A stretch of DNA of 63,432 bases, counting the filler, from Choristocarpus tenellus KU-1152 (Eukaryota; Protista; Phaeophyceae): the NCBI GenBank assembly GCA_964200185.2. It is 13 parts of 13 records of this genome, joined end to end, with 100 filler letters (N's around TTAATTAATTAA, not from the genome) between each part and the next. Parts side by side here need not be neighbours in the genome. Positions count along the whole stretch, not along the records: positions 21,009 to 25,900 come from CAXNAD020012643.1; positions 26,001 to 29,893 come from CAXNAD020017305.1; positions 29,994 to 33,418 come from CAXNAD020020121.1; positions 33,519 to 36,532 come from CAXNAD020022931.1; positions 36,633 to 39,776 come from CAXNAD020022002.1; 8 more parts are not named here. One strand, 5' to 3'. This document shows, piece by piece, positions 24,772-37,322 of this stretch (the stretch's first letter is position 1; the number at the start of each line of letters is the position of its first letter). Under the pieces are notes generated by a model. That model saw only the letters and a program-made list of their open reading frames with translations. It was not told the DNA's origin and ran no database searches. The position numbers and the translations under genes are program-made.

Positions 24772-25565
24772 GGGGGGGGTTGCGTTGGAATCGCTTCATG
24801 AAGGTCGATTTTTTGTTTGTGGTATGGAGATGGAGGTATGGACTATCTTTGTTGTCTTGACCTCACTCCACTTGACACCTTTTAGTGCAACTCATTGCGC
24901 TTCGATTTAAGATGGAATGTACGGTACATTTTTTTGTGTTGTACTGCATAGCGTGCCCGTGCTTTGCAGTGGTGGAGGAGCATGTTTATGTTTAGAATAA
25001 CCTCTTGGTGTTGCTGAATGACGCATCCGTTTGACTGATGCATTTGCTGTAGAAAATTGTACTGTACATAATGTCCCTCTCAAAGGGACGCGTACTCAAG
25101 CTTGTAGGAATCTCGTCTTGGGATTTGATGAGAAGTGAAAATCGTTCAAACTTTTTTGGGGGTGGGGATTTTAGAAGTCCTCTGTTGAAGGAATGGCATG
25201 GTGACTCCAATCGGTACTGCTATGGTAACAGTGGTGTTGAGTAAAATGTATGCACGTACCTACTTGTGAACAATGTGAGCCGCCTCATTGCCTCTACACA
25301 TCGTGGCATGCTGTACCTTGCACGTTTGAAATATAATATGTAACTTTCAACCTTGCTAAGGTGGATTGATGCAGAGTGTGATGCAGCACTAAGTCAAGAA
25401 GGGGGAGAACAAGGGAAGAAAAGTGCTGTACACACCCCGGAGGCCGACCAATCGTTTGGACATGGAGCCAGGGTTTGCCCCGGAAGAGAACTGGCTCTAT
25501 TGGAGGCGGTGATGGCGGTAGCTGCCATCATTCATGCCTTCAATGTCGAGCTCGCTCCTGGGCAG
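22050..25565 (+). CDS. Cytochrome P450, partial; exons 22050-22285, 22925-23053, 24330-24572, 25361-25565
   Basis: I-helix TYIAGSDTTS, K-helix KEALRLRGP, FVPER|W and heme motif FGHGARVCPG; exon phases compatible; 5' and 3' exons not found in the contig. Confidence 0.93.
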
Positions 25566-26355
25566 GTGAGGGGCCTTAGCATTAGAAATTTACTTTATTT
25601 ACTTTATTTATTTTTGGGACTCCTCTCGTAATTTCGGCTCATCAAGTCGTAACTGTAGCAGGAACTAACTGTATCATGAACTGATAGTGTAACGGAAGAA
25701 TCTAATGCGTAGAATTATTATGTCACTCGTCCTTGGCACATTTAAGAATTTCAATCTTTTCATGGATGTAAGAGTGATGATATCATTTAAATACTATGAG
25801 GAGCATGTGAAAGATGTTTGAGGTGGGAGAGGGGATGGAGAGGGGGGGGGGGGGGGGGGGGGTGAGAGAGGGGGGAGGCCCCGCACGGGGGACGGGTCAC
25901 NNNNNNNNNNNNNNNNNNNNNNNNNNNNNNNNNNNNNNNNNNNNTTAATTAATTAANNNNNNNNNNNNNNNNNNNNNNNNNNNNNNNNNNNNNNNNNNNN
26001 GGGGGGGGGCAAGACTTGATTTCCTCCTGCAAGCAGAGAGCTGTAAGAGGGGGTAGAGGGCAACACCAACGTTGAAAGCACCTGTGGGGACATGGCCTAA
26101 ACATCAGTCCGCTAGAAACTACGGCGAGGGTTGGAAGGTGAGTGTATCACTGCAAGCCACACGATGCATCCATCAATTTTTAAGCACTCGGGACACATTT
26201 GGTCCAATGACAGAAGAGGATTGCAGGGGACAGTTGTGCAAAAGGAAAACCTTACTCCGAGTGAGAGGGTGCTCCTCTTCAATGCAAACCATCTCTCATG
26301 TCAAATGAAAATCAACACAAGGTTCAAGTTGACAGACAGCTGTCACGCATGTCAC

Positions 26356-29300
26356 CTTCTGTTGCTGCTGTCCCTGTAGTTCCCCTCCAGCCTGCGCTGG
26401 AGACACGCTGGGGGCAAGGAAAGCATTTGGCATTTGTGGAGGAAAATTTGCCTGAAACATTGGACTTTGCTGACCTTGAGGAAAGCCTCCAACCTGCAGC
26501 TGCTGCTGAACAGGCTGCACTGGTGCCACTGCTTGGTCACCAAAAGCATTCCACGGCTGTGCAAAACCCTGAGAAGCTCCTGCCAAAGATGGCACACCTC
26601 CAGGCACAACATGTCCCGTTGGGGCATGCCCCTGCCCCTGGCCAAATGCATCCCAAGGTTGTTCTGCTGCTGCCGCCCCTGCAGCTGGTGGTGGCGGTCC
26701 TTGCATTAAACCAAATGCTCCCCCTCCCTCCCCTCCGCCAAGCACCTGCTGGGGCTGCGATATACCTCCCGCTGACACTGCTGATGCTACGGGTGCAGCT
26801 GGTGTGGGCACTGGGTCGCCCGACAAGAAATCCAGGAGGTTGACCTCCGCCTTAGCTTGCACCACAGGCGGAGAGGTTTGCCCAGCAACCGACTTGACGT
26901 TGGGCAAAGGTGTTACTCCCCGCCCCTCCCCCACCTCACTACCAGACACCTTCCGCACTCCTCGCTCTGAGCTTCCTCGCCGTCTCCGCCCTGCCCCACC
27001 ATTCCCCCCCCCCCCCTCCCCCCCTTTCTCCCCCCCCCCCCCCCCCTGCCCCCCCGCCCCCCCCTCCTTTTCCCCCNNNNNNNNNNCCCCTTCAGCCATT
27101 TTCTTCTCCTCCTCACGCCGTTGGCGCACTGCCTCACGCTCCTTTTCCCGCTTCTCCTCCAACTCCTTGTCTTCTGCAGTGGCAAACCACCGCTTGTCAA
27201 CATACTTGAACCGAAGGAACTGACGGCGCTGTTCTGGGCGTGCGCTGTCTGGCTCTGGGGTGTCATGCCCTGGACGGTATCTGACAACAGGAGTGTACAG
27301 GAATGGAGGGAGCATACTTGAATGTTTTTATACACTGTTAGTACATGACGCGATGGAGGACATGTTGGGGGTGGTATTGCTTACTACCAAGGCACTCTAA
27401 GGAAATTTACACGAGACAGTCCCTGACTATGCCAAGAGGACATTCGGGTGGAAAAGGGTGGATGAAGTGTAGTACCTGCATCTGGAGGACTAATGTGGAT
27501 TTTACTTTACAAAGACAAAAAAGTGCTCAAAATAATGCTGAGGTTCTCAGGATAGTGTCTGGTTGAGGTGAAGCTACTAAGAGCAATAGCACTGTTCAGA
27601 AGCGCACCAAAGCAGATATTGCCTGAGTAAGTCCAGTGAAAATCAAACAGGGTCTAAGGGGGTCAAAAATTGCAGAGACATGGATAAGTGTGAGAGTACG
27701 TCTGACTAGAGTGTCAGTATCACCGCAACAATTGTTGGGGACCAAGAAGCACGTCTTCACACATGTTGAGGGAAAGTTCAAGTATACGATCCCAAGTAAC
27801 AGCAGTGCTGCTGCCATGGTTGCGCCTCAACATGCACACAACTTCAAACAGTTATTCTCTCCTCCAAGAGATGGATGAAATTCCAGTGCGAAGGGTAATG
27901 GTTCCGTTGTGTCCAACTTTAGTGTAACTAACATCAAAATAGAATATTTCGACTGGTCAATTTCATGTGCATAGGCGCGCTGCTCAGTTATATTGGACTT
28001 CCTTGCAGCACTCAGAGCTATGTGCACACTCCAATTCAACTTAGTACATAAGACACCTCTAGAGTCAGTTTGATCTGCACCAAAAAACCTTCCTGTTTGT
28101 AACACTACAGAAAAACCGTCTTCTAAATAAATTACCGTCATTTTACCCCACATGGTTTTGATGTGCATATTGATGCACCCAATCACTCTAACTAACCAAT
28201 CCAACCAAGATGTGTAGAATTCATTTCTTCATTTCATGTATTTAAAATCATGGTCTGCTGGCACAAAGAAAGGATAGATAATTCTAGGTGGGCTGGTGAT
28301 GCTGCATTGGTTGAGTTGCCTGCAGATGTTCTGCGTTGGAAACTACTGCACAGTGCAGCACTCAAGAGGCGCACAGGCACTACAACAGAATTTGACAACA
28401 GTAGAATATTGATGTGTGTCGTAATAGTGCTCCTCGATCAGAACCCAGCAGGAGGAAAACATTGAAAGTATGGTGATGTATGTGGTAAGGGTATGTCAAG
28501 TGCTCAGCACCATCGATTGTAACGACCTATGGTCTTGTTCAGAATTACTTCCCCAATCCCCGATATGCTGCAACAATAACCGAAGCTGAAACAGAACATG
28601 AAAACGCGAAAAAGCACTCAACTTCTAACTATTTGTTTAGTCAAGTGACTAATTCCGATTCTGTGTATCACGGGGTGTGCCAGGGATGTAAAGAAAAAAA
28701 TATACATATGGCTATGAAATTAACCTACTCAGACATGATTTGTGCAGAACGATATTTTCACAAAGACTAACGCCTTTCAACGCTGGTCCCTAACTCACCT
28801 AGCCATGTATAGAGCATTGGATACCTGATTTCCACCCTTTTTGATGGCTTTAACCTCTTCTTCAGAGAATTTTGCCAGCGATATGGACTTTACTCGATGG
28901 GAGAACTCCCGGTGGATCCCACTGCAAGCGGTACAAACAAACGTGCTGAAGTCCGCAACCACCCACTGGGGTAGCTGTTGGAGAATAAAAGAGTTGAGAA
29001 GCAGGAAGAGATGGTTGATAAAGCATTGTGCGAGCCGGTGCTTCGATGTATAATGACTTCAGTGATACCAACCAACAACGTGGTCGGCCAATTATACCTA
29101 CATCTATTGCCAGACAATAAAGAGGGCAGGGAAGTATGGAAGAAAGATTTTGCACGAACAACCGGGAACTCGAGAGTCCTTGCATTCCCTTCCCCCTTAG
29201 TCAGTACTGAATTGAGAAGGGATCCAGAGCAGAAGGCTTAGGCAGTCGGGTACATGTTAAAAGGTGGGATGAATACTGGGACGGCGTTTCTATTCCATCG

Positions 29301-29420
29301 AATGAGTGCAACACTCACCCTCTCTGTGCAGTCCGCACAACGTTTGTTCTCAGGCCTCTTCTGACACTCTCGAAGCTTTTTCTGCAGCTTCTCTTCGGCC
29401 TTTCGCTCCAGCCTACTCAT
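26356..29420 (-). CDS. ArfGAP, AGFG1/AGD14-like, 3'-partial; exons 29420-29319, 28974-28799, 27280-26356
   Basis: Zinc finger CADC...FVCTACSGIHREFSHRVKSISLAKF, GGNQ, FLRFKYVDKRW, then a low-complexity tail with NLLDF and WDAF/WNAF motifs. Confidence 0.92.
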
Positions 29421-29772
29421 TTTTTCCACTGCAAGTCCTTCTAATCAGATGTCAACTTTTTCTTCCGGCCGCTAAGAGAGATGGTTTCGAACTGCCACAC
29501 CACTGAGTTGAGAGTATAAAACGGTCTCCGCCGAGGACTGCAGCACAGCTACTTCTGGGGACTAATTAGAAGCGACACATATCTACTTGGAAGTTCCTCC
29601 TCTGTCTCCTGTCCGCAAGATGTACGCACAAGACAGAACATGGGGTATGAAACTTTGGGAGGAGTTCCATTCCAATGTGGCTGGTGGTCAAATTTAGAAA
29701 AACAAATATATATAAATATTACGGGGATGGTGGGTGAGGAAGCAGTGGACATTCTCAACCATCAGCGCCAGC

Positions 29773-29893
29773 ATGCGACCTCCTCGTGGGCGCGGTGATA
29801 GGGGAGGACGATTCGGAGGGTCCCGGGGGGGTGGGAGGGGTGGTGGTGGTAGATTCGGTGGCCGAGGACGAGGAGGCCGTGGTGGATACGATG
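29773..29893 (+). CDS. GAR1: RGG-rich N-terminus, probably H/ACA snoRNP subunit GAR1 (cut by contig end)
   Basis: MRPPRGRGDRGGRFGG...GGRGGYD; an MRPP start plus RGG box ending GGYD is typical of GAR1. The core domain is not visible, so fibrillarin or another RGG protein is not excluded. Confidence 0.6.
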
Positions 29894-29993
29894 NNNNNNN
29901 NNNNNNNNNNNNNNNNNNNNNNNNNNNNNNNNNNNNNTTAATTAATTAANNNNNNNNNNNNNNNNNNNNNNNNNNNNNNNNNNNNNNNNNNNN

Positions 29994-30084
29994 GAGTAGG
30001 AAAATGTCATAAAAACCCCCATGGGAAGCCAAGCCCCAAAGGGACAAACAGGGAAAACTTGTACCCTCTAAGATACTTTTACCC
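29994..30084 (+). mobile_element. MITE family B right part at contig start
   Basis: GAGTAGGAAAATGTCATAAAA...GTACCCTCTAAGATACTTT matches the other B copies. Confidence 0.85.
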
Positions 30085-30429
30085 TGGAGGAGTTGTATAG
30101 TAAAGAAGGTAATACCTGGTTTGCATATGTTTTCATACAACAAGGAATGAAAAAGACCTCAACATCAGATCCTTATCATCTCTGTTCTCTGTGTAAGTAA
30201 CCCAAACACCAAAACGGTGCAAATGCAAGTGAATTCTAACAATTTGTCTATGACTACTCTGTATTCTGTGTAAAAACAGAATACCCCCAGTAACCACATC
30301 CCATACAACCCACAACTACATTCAGGGATTTCGTGCAGGTTGATTTATATCCCATGTGGGTGTAGTTGTGCTTGTGGATGTATATGCTAATCTCCCCCTA
30401 AGTAATATTGTCTTGGCCCTGCCACTCAC

Positions 30430-33226
30430 TCTCTCGAAGTACAGATGTTGTAGTTACTCAGCTTGGTGAACCCCTTCAACTCCCCAAGCATTTGAACCCT
30501 CTTATGTTTGAATTTTCCCGCCTTTCTTGTCTCTGAATCAAAATTGGGTGATACATAACAAAAAGCCTCCTTCATCACCCGAACATATTCCAGCCGCCGG
30601 TACTCCGACTTGAGAGAAATGGACATGTGAGAAATGGAGAAAAAGGCAGGATGTGAGACGACTCAGAAGAACATATACAACAAAAAAATTTGAAACCCTT
30701 AGGCACTGAACACATGCTCCAGGTTAGACGGGGGTGGGGGGCAGCATCAATCTTCAACAGCACAATGTAATAGCGATTTCTACAACAGGGGATTAGATCA
30801 CACACAGTAGCAACCCTTTGTTTTGTACCTAGCTTACTTTGACCTAAAGTATCTGGTGGGGCGGGGGCGGGGGTCTACACCAGGGTGTCCATTTGGGTCA
30901 AAATAAGGAAAAGTGCGTTTACATTATCCACCCGAAATATGCAACCAAATCACCCAAAAATACCGCCAAGAAAAAATTGACCCCAAATGGACAGTCGCCA
31001 CCCCTCCCAGATACCCTGACTCTTTCTAAAGGTGTATCTTCATTGGGTTGGCAACAGTATGGCATATTTTTCCCCTCTTGCACCCTATCCTCTATGGTGT
31101 GCAAAACAAGATCAATCCATTATTTTTGCTCCCTGCATCAAGAGTTAACAGTTACACCTCATCCCCTTCTTGGGTCAATCGGGACAACAAAATTTGAGGA
31201 CAAACAGTTCGATGGGAGGAGGATATCGTAGGGTTTTAGCAACTTCGAACGGATGTATTCATGCTGTACTATGTACTCTAGTCAATACTTTTGAGGACAA
31301 TCCTTTCTTGTTATATGTAGTATATACATGGTACCATGACAATATCCTTTTCCACCACAAGCACACTGCAACATGTATGGGAGGGAACAGTTAAAATATT
31401 CCATCATCTGGATACCTGACTTGAGAGGACACATTTCAAACAAAAAAGTGCTTGCGAGTTTCTCATTATCCAACATCCACAGATGACAGTCATCACAACT
31501 CAGAAGATGATATTCCAAGCACCACATTTTCAGCACACCCCCATAAGGACCCAATTAAAGCTTCCTGGGAGTGCCTTGTACGGCTCTGGGGATCTACCCA
31601 GCAAGTTGAAGTGGGAATAGTACGAAGTAGGTTTGAAATATCTTCAATGTAAGTGAAAGCCTTGACTTACTTCCTAGTAGTGGTGAAAACATCTACAAAG
31701 CATGCTTGTTAAAACTATCTAGAGCCTTCGTATGACTCACCATGTTGTGAAAGTGTACGTTCAACTGACTCTCCAACATATAAGCCAGGTACTTGGTCAT
31801 GTGCCTCCCTCCTACCACACCCTTGCGAGATTCTTCTGTTAGTGGACAGCCTGCGAAGATAGGGGTGACGTATGTGCCCGACTCTCCAATATCAACTAGG
31901 ATACCTGTAGTCATCTGAGCCGCAACCGCCCCCAGTGTCGCCTCATTGACCAGGCGGAGGCTGGGCACCTGCTTGATGAAGTTTTTCAGGACAAGAAAGG
32001 ACTTCAATTTGCATGAGGGCATTGAGTCGGCTTCTTTTTGTGAAGCAGGAATAGCTCTGACTGCAATTATCTGGATGCCGGTGCTGGGAAACTTTATTAT
32101 GTGTGCAGCATTGAGGTTACACTCTCAAGCATGAAAATGAGAGAGCAATGTTTGGTGCAAGGTGTGTGCATGAATGGTAGGATAAAATTAGGTTGCAATG
32201 CACCAGCACTACTTCTTGCCCTTACTCTAACTGAACGACTATGAGAAGAGATATTTCGAACGAATGGTAGCGTTTACAGTCATGAAAGTAAGGTTCGAGC
32301 ACAGTCTTTGTGGCGGATTAGTGTATGTTTATAGGTGTGGCGAAGCGTCTCCCTTGACCCCACACAAAAAAAAAAAATTGGTAGTTTTGAAGGCGAATCT
32401 ATCCATAATAGGCATCGCCAGAGAGGTATCAGGCGACCAACCCTCAATATTGAGCATGAACAATGTTGAAACGACGCCCCTCCCTCCAGTATATCAACTA
32501 CAAGAGGGTGCCAAACATTCCCTTTTGACCGTCGAGATAGTCAAGGGAATTAATATTTCACATATAGGCAGGAGCACAATTCAGGCTGCATATGTATGTA
32601 CATGCACACATAAAACAAATATATATACATATATCGAAGGGGATTTATTGAATAGTAGGTTCGGGTTAGCAATAGCTCTTTCACAATTGCACCAATCCTG
32701 TTCTACCTATTTCTATTGCTGGAAGCACTTGGAATGAGAAGTGGTGATAAGAAAGCATTAGGTATGCAATGAGTTCCCCGACCTGCAGACTTGTGTTAAT
32801 TGGTCGAAACATGCAATAGACTCCCTCCCCCCCCCTTTTCTTGGTACTCCATTCACCTTGTGGATGTGGAAAAATGTTCCCATTATCTGCTGCAACTCCT
32901 CCTTAGTTGCAGTGGGCTTATGGGCAAGGATTGTTGGAGATTTAGAGGGATCCTGCCCCAGGAGATTGTAGGCATACCTCCACAGCAGCTCCATGTCAAG
33001 GGCTTGATGGTGTGACGTGGTCATCATATCAAGGTGTGTGGGGTGGGTTGAATTGTGGAGACTATAGACGTGGTCAGAGAGCAGGTCCAAGCTCTCATCT
33101 TCACTGTCCCCTGCAGTCACCTTACTCTTCTCCATTGGGCAGGACAGGACCAAACTGGACCTGAGCAGGTGATCAGGATGGTCCATCACACAATATTGGG
33201 CATCACGTCCCAAGAACAGTCCCGTG
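30430..33226 (-). CDS. Divergent actin-related protein, internal exons 33226-32857, 31968-31741, 30608-30430
   Basis: FLGRDAQ...LSCPMEK, DMELLWRYAY, TGILVDIGESGTYVTPIFAG, GGRHMTKYL and VRVMKEAFCYV are colinear with actin motifs (YVGDEAQ, DMEKIW, TGIVLDSG, GRDLTDYL, VRDIKEKLCYV). Confidence 0.85.
30841..31022 (+). mobile_element. MITE family A, in an intron of the actin-related gene
   Basis: GACCTAAAGTATCTGG...CCCAGATACCCTGACTC; flanks CTTT / (C)TTT. Confidence 0.85.
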
Positions 33227-33384
33227 CTGAGGAGGGTAAAGGGAAGAGAGATGGTTGTGAGTGCAGGGCAAGGAGAAGACTCAGGAAAGAGGGGGGGGAG
33301 AACATCAAAATGAGGATAAGAGGACAAGCTTACAATGCTAACGGGGGAAAGAATTGAAGGTACCGAACGTTTAAGAGCAGGAGA

Positions 33385-33418
33385 GGCCAAACGTATCTGA
33401 GGGGGGGGGGGGTCTACA
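33385..33418 (+). mobile_element. MITE family A left end at contig end
   Basis: CAAACGTATCTGA, G-tract, TCTACA. Confidence 0.65.
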
Positions 33419-33519
33419 NNNNNNNNNNNNNNNNNNNNNNNNNNNNNNNNNNNNNNNNNNNNTTAATTAATTAANNNNNNNNNNNNNNNNNNNNNNNNNN
33501 NNNNNNNNNNNNNNNNNNC

Positions 33520-36500
33520 ACGGACAAAGATAAGGACATGGGTCCGAAGCAAGACCTGGTGATGTCCTGGATAGACTACTGGGCTGATACAAACGGGCAG
33601 TTCATGCCTCACAAGTCAACAATTGTGATCTATACCGTGAACAAACAGGTCGGTTTTGCCCTTGGTTATGGAGAGGTTGGCTGCACCCTGTGTTGGAGTT
33701 AGATGCAAACCATGTGGCCCGGCAGTACGTAGAAAAGGTGGATCTAAGTAGTATTTCGAGTGGTGGATGTTCATTACCTTGACCGGTCTGATATTATGGT
33801 TAAAAGAACATGTCAAGGTTCATACAAAGTGCTATCTTTTTCGTTTGCTATGTCGATATTTCAATATTCATGATGATACTTGTTGTCGATTTTACGGAGG
33901 AAGACACAATAAATGTTATTTCAACGCCGAGCACACATACTCTGTGGCCCCACGCCCGGTCTGAAATTGGTAGGAAAAGTGTGTACTTTGTACGTCTAAA
34001 GCGCTTTGCGATGATGATAATGATGGTAGATTCGCCTCCTTTATCGCCTCTGCAAACGGCAGCGAGGCCCGAACCGAATGACGCTCATGGCGGATTTAAT
34101 CAGATCATTGTATTTGCTCTTTCGTAACGCACGATGTAAGCTTGCTTGATCCTGTCTTCCGCGTTCTCAGTCAATTTATTGGTCAGCCCGCCTTCGAGAG
34201 ATGTTGCAGGGGTGTTCTTCGAGTGTTTCTTCTCAATAACTCCTCACTTGCCCACACAACCAACATTTTTAATTAGGAGCTATGCAAGGATTTTTGCAAA
34301 GAGGCAATACGGGTGTATCCTGATGACCCTTCCAAGCGGGTAAGCAAGGAGTACTTCCTCCGATTGCTCAGAGAGGACACGCCCAACATCTGGGTGAGGG
34401 TAGGAGGCGAGTTCATGAAATGTGACATATGTGTCTCGTTAAAAGAGAAGCGGCACGGTGCGCCTGGTGTAAAACCCATGAACAACTCCATCGTCCTCGA
34501 GTCCATCGATAAGGAGCTGTCAGACCATCGAGAGGTAGGTGTCCAGCATTAATTTTGCAACAAGCATACAGTGGCGAAAGGTCGCCGTCATTGCCCTCCT
34601 AACCCTAAGTAAATCCGTGTCCTTTTGCGAATGAAGACTCCCACGTAGGTGTTTATGGTAGCAGCAGTAGCCTCACTCACCACAAAACTTGCTGTTATTA
34701 GCTTCCCAAACACCTTCTAAGACAGACTGCCTCCTGATAGTGTACAACGGGCTGTGGGAGGGACAGGTCTTGTAGCGGTATTCCGGCCCGGTACGTTCGT
34801 ACTTCCTACCATCCCGATAACTTGTTGTGTGTCTTGAACGCAGCAATAAAAAACATATCCCAACACAAACATCTATTGCTACCCAGACTACATTTTTGTT
34901 ACTAACCCTAACCTTATACGTGTTAACAAGCGGCATTTTTTTTGTAACTCTGAGCAGATTTATTTGATAAATTCACGTGATGTTGCTGTCCCCCATTCGC
35001 CAGATTATCAAAGCGGATCGGCTGGTCATCGCCAACAGCACCAGCAACGCCATGCGGGCCAAAGCCGACGGCAAACCTCTCGGCTTCGTGTTCATGTCTG
35101 TAGACGCCGCGAAACAGACAGCACACGCCCTCCCAGCACTTTACCCACCTACCCACGGCGGTGACAGGTAACCATACGCACGCATAGTCCATCCGACAAG
35201 AATTTTGCAGCCGCACGCGGAACAGAATGGACGACCATGTTTTATTCTACGGATGAGTGCAAAGTCCTAAGAAATAATCGCCAAAACAAACGCACATAAT
35301 TCCACTACCTATTCCGTTCATCATGATAACCTTTCTTTACATGTTCCTTTCGTTTATGTCCCCCTTATCAGGGCTACTCCGAGCGCCAGAAGATCATGGC
35401 CGCACACGTCGAAGGCCAGTCCATGGAGGTGTTCTTCACTCCTATCAATCTTGGAGGAGGTACGTACTGTAGAGTAGCGTAAGAGCTAATCAACGGGTAG
35501 TGGAGATCGCAGACATGTACATCAGCCGTATGGGTGTATGTCCTCTACATTGCATAAACAAATTACATTACCTCTCTTATTAGCTCCAAATAAGAAATGC
35601 GTAAATGAATAGAGTACCTTTTGCCAACAGTTTTTGAACATCATTGTTCGCGCAGGTTGTAACCTTGTCTGCACAGCCACCTACCTTGCCCTCACAAGGT
35701 TTATCGACAAGTACCGCAACAGCCTTGATGACTCGGGGAATTGCATCATCCAGCACGCGCATTGGCAGGTAAGAAGGTTTCATCTTGACACGACCTACTC
35801 AACACATACTCACTGAATACCAGTCACCAAGTAACTAACTGCACGGTCTTTAGTTTTGGTTTGTGTGTTGCAACCTGCATGTATTATGGCGGTGATGTAG
35901 AGATTGCGCTCTGGCAATACTGGAAACCTACCCTGTTCCTCCACGAAACGCGGCGAAATGGGCTGACATATTGGCCTAACACCCATCCCTCCCTCGCTCC
36001 CAACTCCCCAAACTGGCCAGGTCGACAACTGCGTCTCAGAGAACAAGAACAATTTATTTCTCGGATATGCGGGGCTTTTGGTTGCGGCGAGTGTCATTCG
36101 TGTGGTGAGATACATTTTATGATGGTGGGGCACACGCACATGAAAATTGATCAGATCTTCTCCAGGTAATTAGGCAAGATATGCAAGTTCGATAGCCACA
36201 TAGCGTTTTTATATGGACAGATACAGCCTCGACGCTTGCAGCTCACGCTTGTTGCATTCCTGGAAGGTTTATGGCCGTACGCTGTAATTGATCGATTGGC
36301 TTTTGATTTCCCCACAACAAAGTTTAACGATAAGAGCAGCTGCCAAAACTGTTTCGTAACATACTCTCGAAACAAAACAATGAAAAAAAATGTACTCATT
36401 ACCCAATTTTATATTGATTTTTCCATATACATGCATCAGAGCATGTGCCTGCATATATATCCTGCTTATCCACTTCGCTTCTTTCGCCCCTGCCTCAAAA

Positions 36501-36532
36501 TTAACTTGCTTGCATTTCACCTTCAGGTTCTC
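33520..36532 (+). pseudogene. Intron-containing Sola-like DDD transposase (DUF7869-type), frameshifted; exons 33520-33648, 34277-34534, 35004-35167, 35372-35459, 35656-35768, 36021-36165, 36527-
   Basis: W..YW...GQFMP, FMKCDIC, SVDAAKQ (D1), QVDNCVSENKN (D2), FMMVGHTHMKIDQIFSR|FS (D3). GT-AG junctions. Apparent 1-nt frameshifts at the 35167/35372 junction and near 36105. Confidence 0.8.
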
Positions 36533-36649
36533 NNNNNNNNNNNNNNNNNNNNNNNNNNNNNNNNNNNNNNNNNNNNTTAATTAATTAANNNNNNNNNNNN
36601 NNNNNNNNNNNNNNNNNNNNNNNNNNNNNNNNAAAAGGGGCAGGACAGT

Positions 36650-36826
36650 GAGGGGTGGGGGGGGGGGGGGGCGGGTGCTACACCAGGGTGTCCATTCAAG
36701 CCCTGACCAGGAGAAGTACACTAACATTATCCATCCGACGCATGCAACCAAATCACCCAAGAATCGTGACATGGAAAAATGGGCCCCAAATGGACAGCCA
36801 CCACCACCCCCCAGATACTTTGAGCC
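36650..36826 (+). mobile_element. MITE family A, left end degenerate
   Basis: CTACACCAGGGTGTCCATT...CCCCAAATGGACAGCC...CCCAGATACTTTGAGCC. Confidence 0.85.
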
Positions 36827-37322
36827 TATGTTGTATGACGTTATATTTGATGCTATGATATATCGTATGCTACGGCAAAGGTGCAGCAGTGTATTATGCT
36901 CATAACACTGGATACGAAAACCAACACATTCAACACCAAGTTATGCCCATATCACTCAAGTCCCAAATGTATAATAGTTACACTATGCTATGCCTGTAAC
37001 GATCTAGACAAGATTATACCTATGTTATGTACGTACTCTGGAGTACATAAGAATTTTAGCGAGATGTTGTATTTGTCATATTGTACAACATGTGTAGTAT
37101 TTCCTCAATGTGTGGAAAGCATGTTTGTCTGTTATTATACCGTTACTGAAGAATGCCATATACCGTCATACCGTGGTACCAATTAAGGTTCCCAGTCAAG
37201 AATCCATGATTCCACGGACAGACTTTCCGTCCGAATGTCACACATGGAAGATCCATTTTGTTTTCACGTCTTGACTGGTGGTGATGAAGCCCCACCTTTG
37301 ATGGTACTCCTCACTCCTAAGT

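Noticed and set aside
24590-24780. Poly-Gly and poly-Pro ORFs
   Set aside because: Low-quality G/T homopolymer sequence around a 10-N gap inside a P450 intron.
31395-31425. Short similarity to the start of ARP exon 30608 (CTCTCAAGTC...TGGAATAT), a possible mutually exclusive exon
   Set aside because: Similarity is only about 30 bp and the reading frame loses actin similarity immediately; chance or a decayed microduplication.
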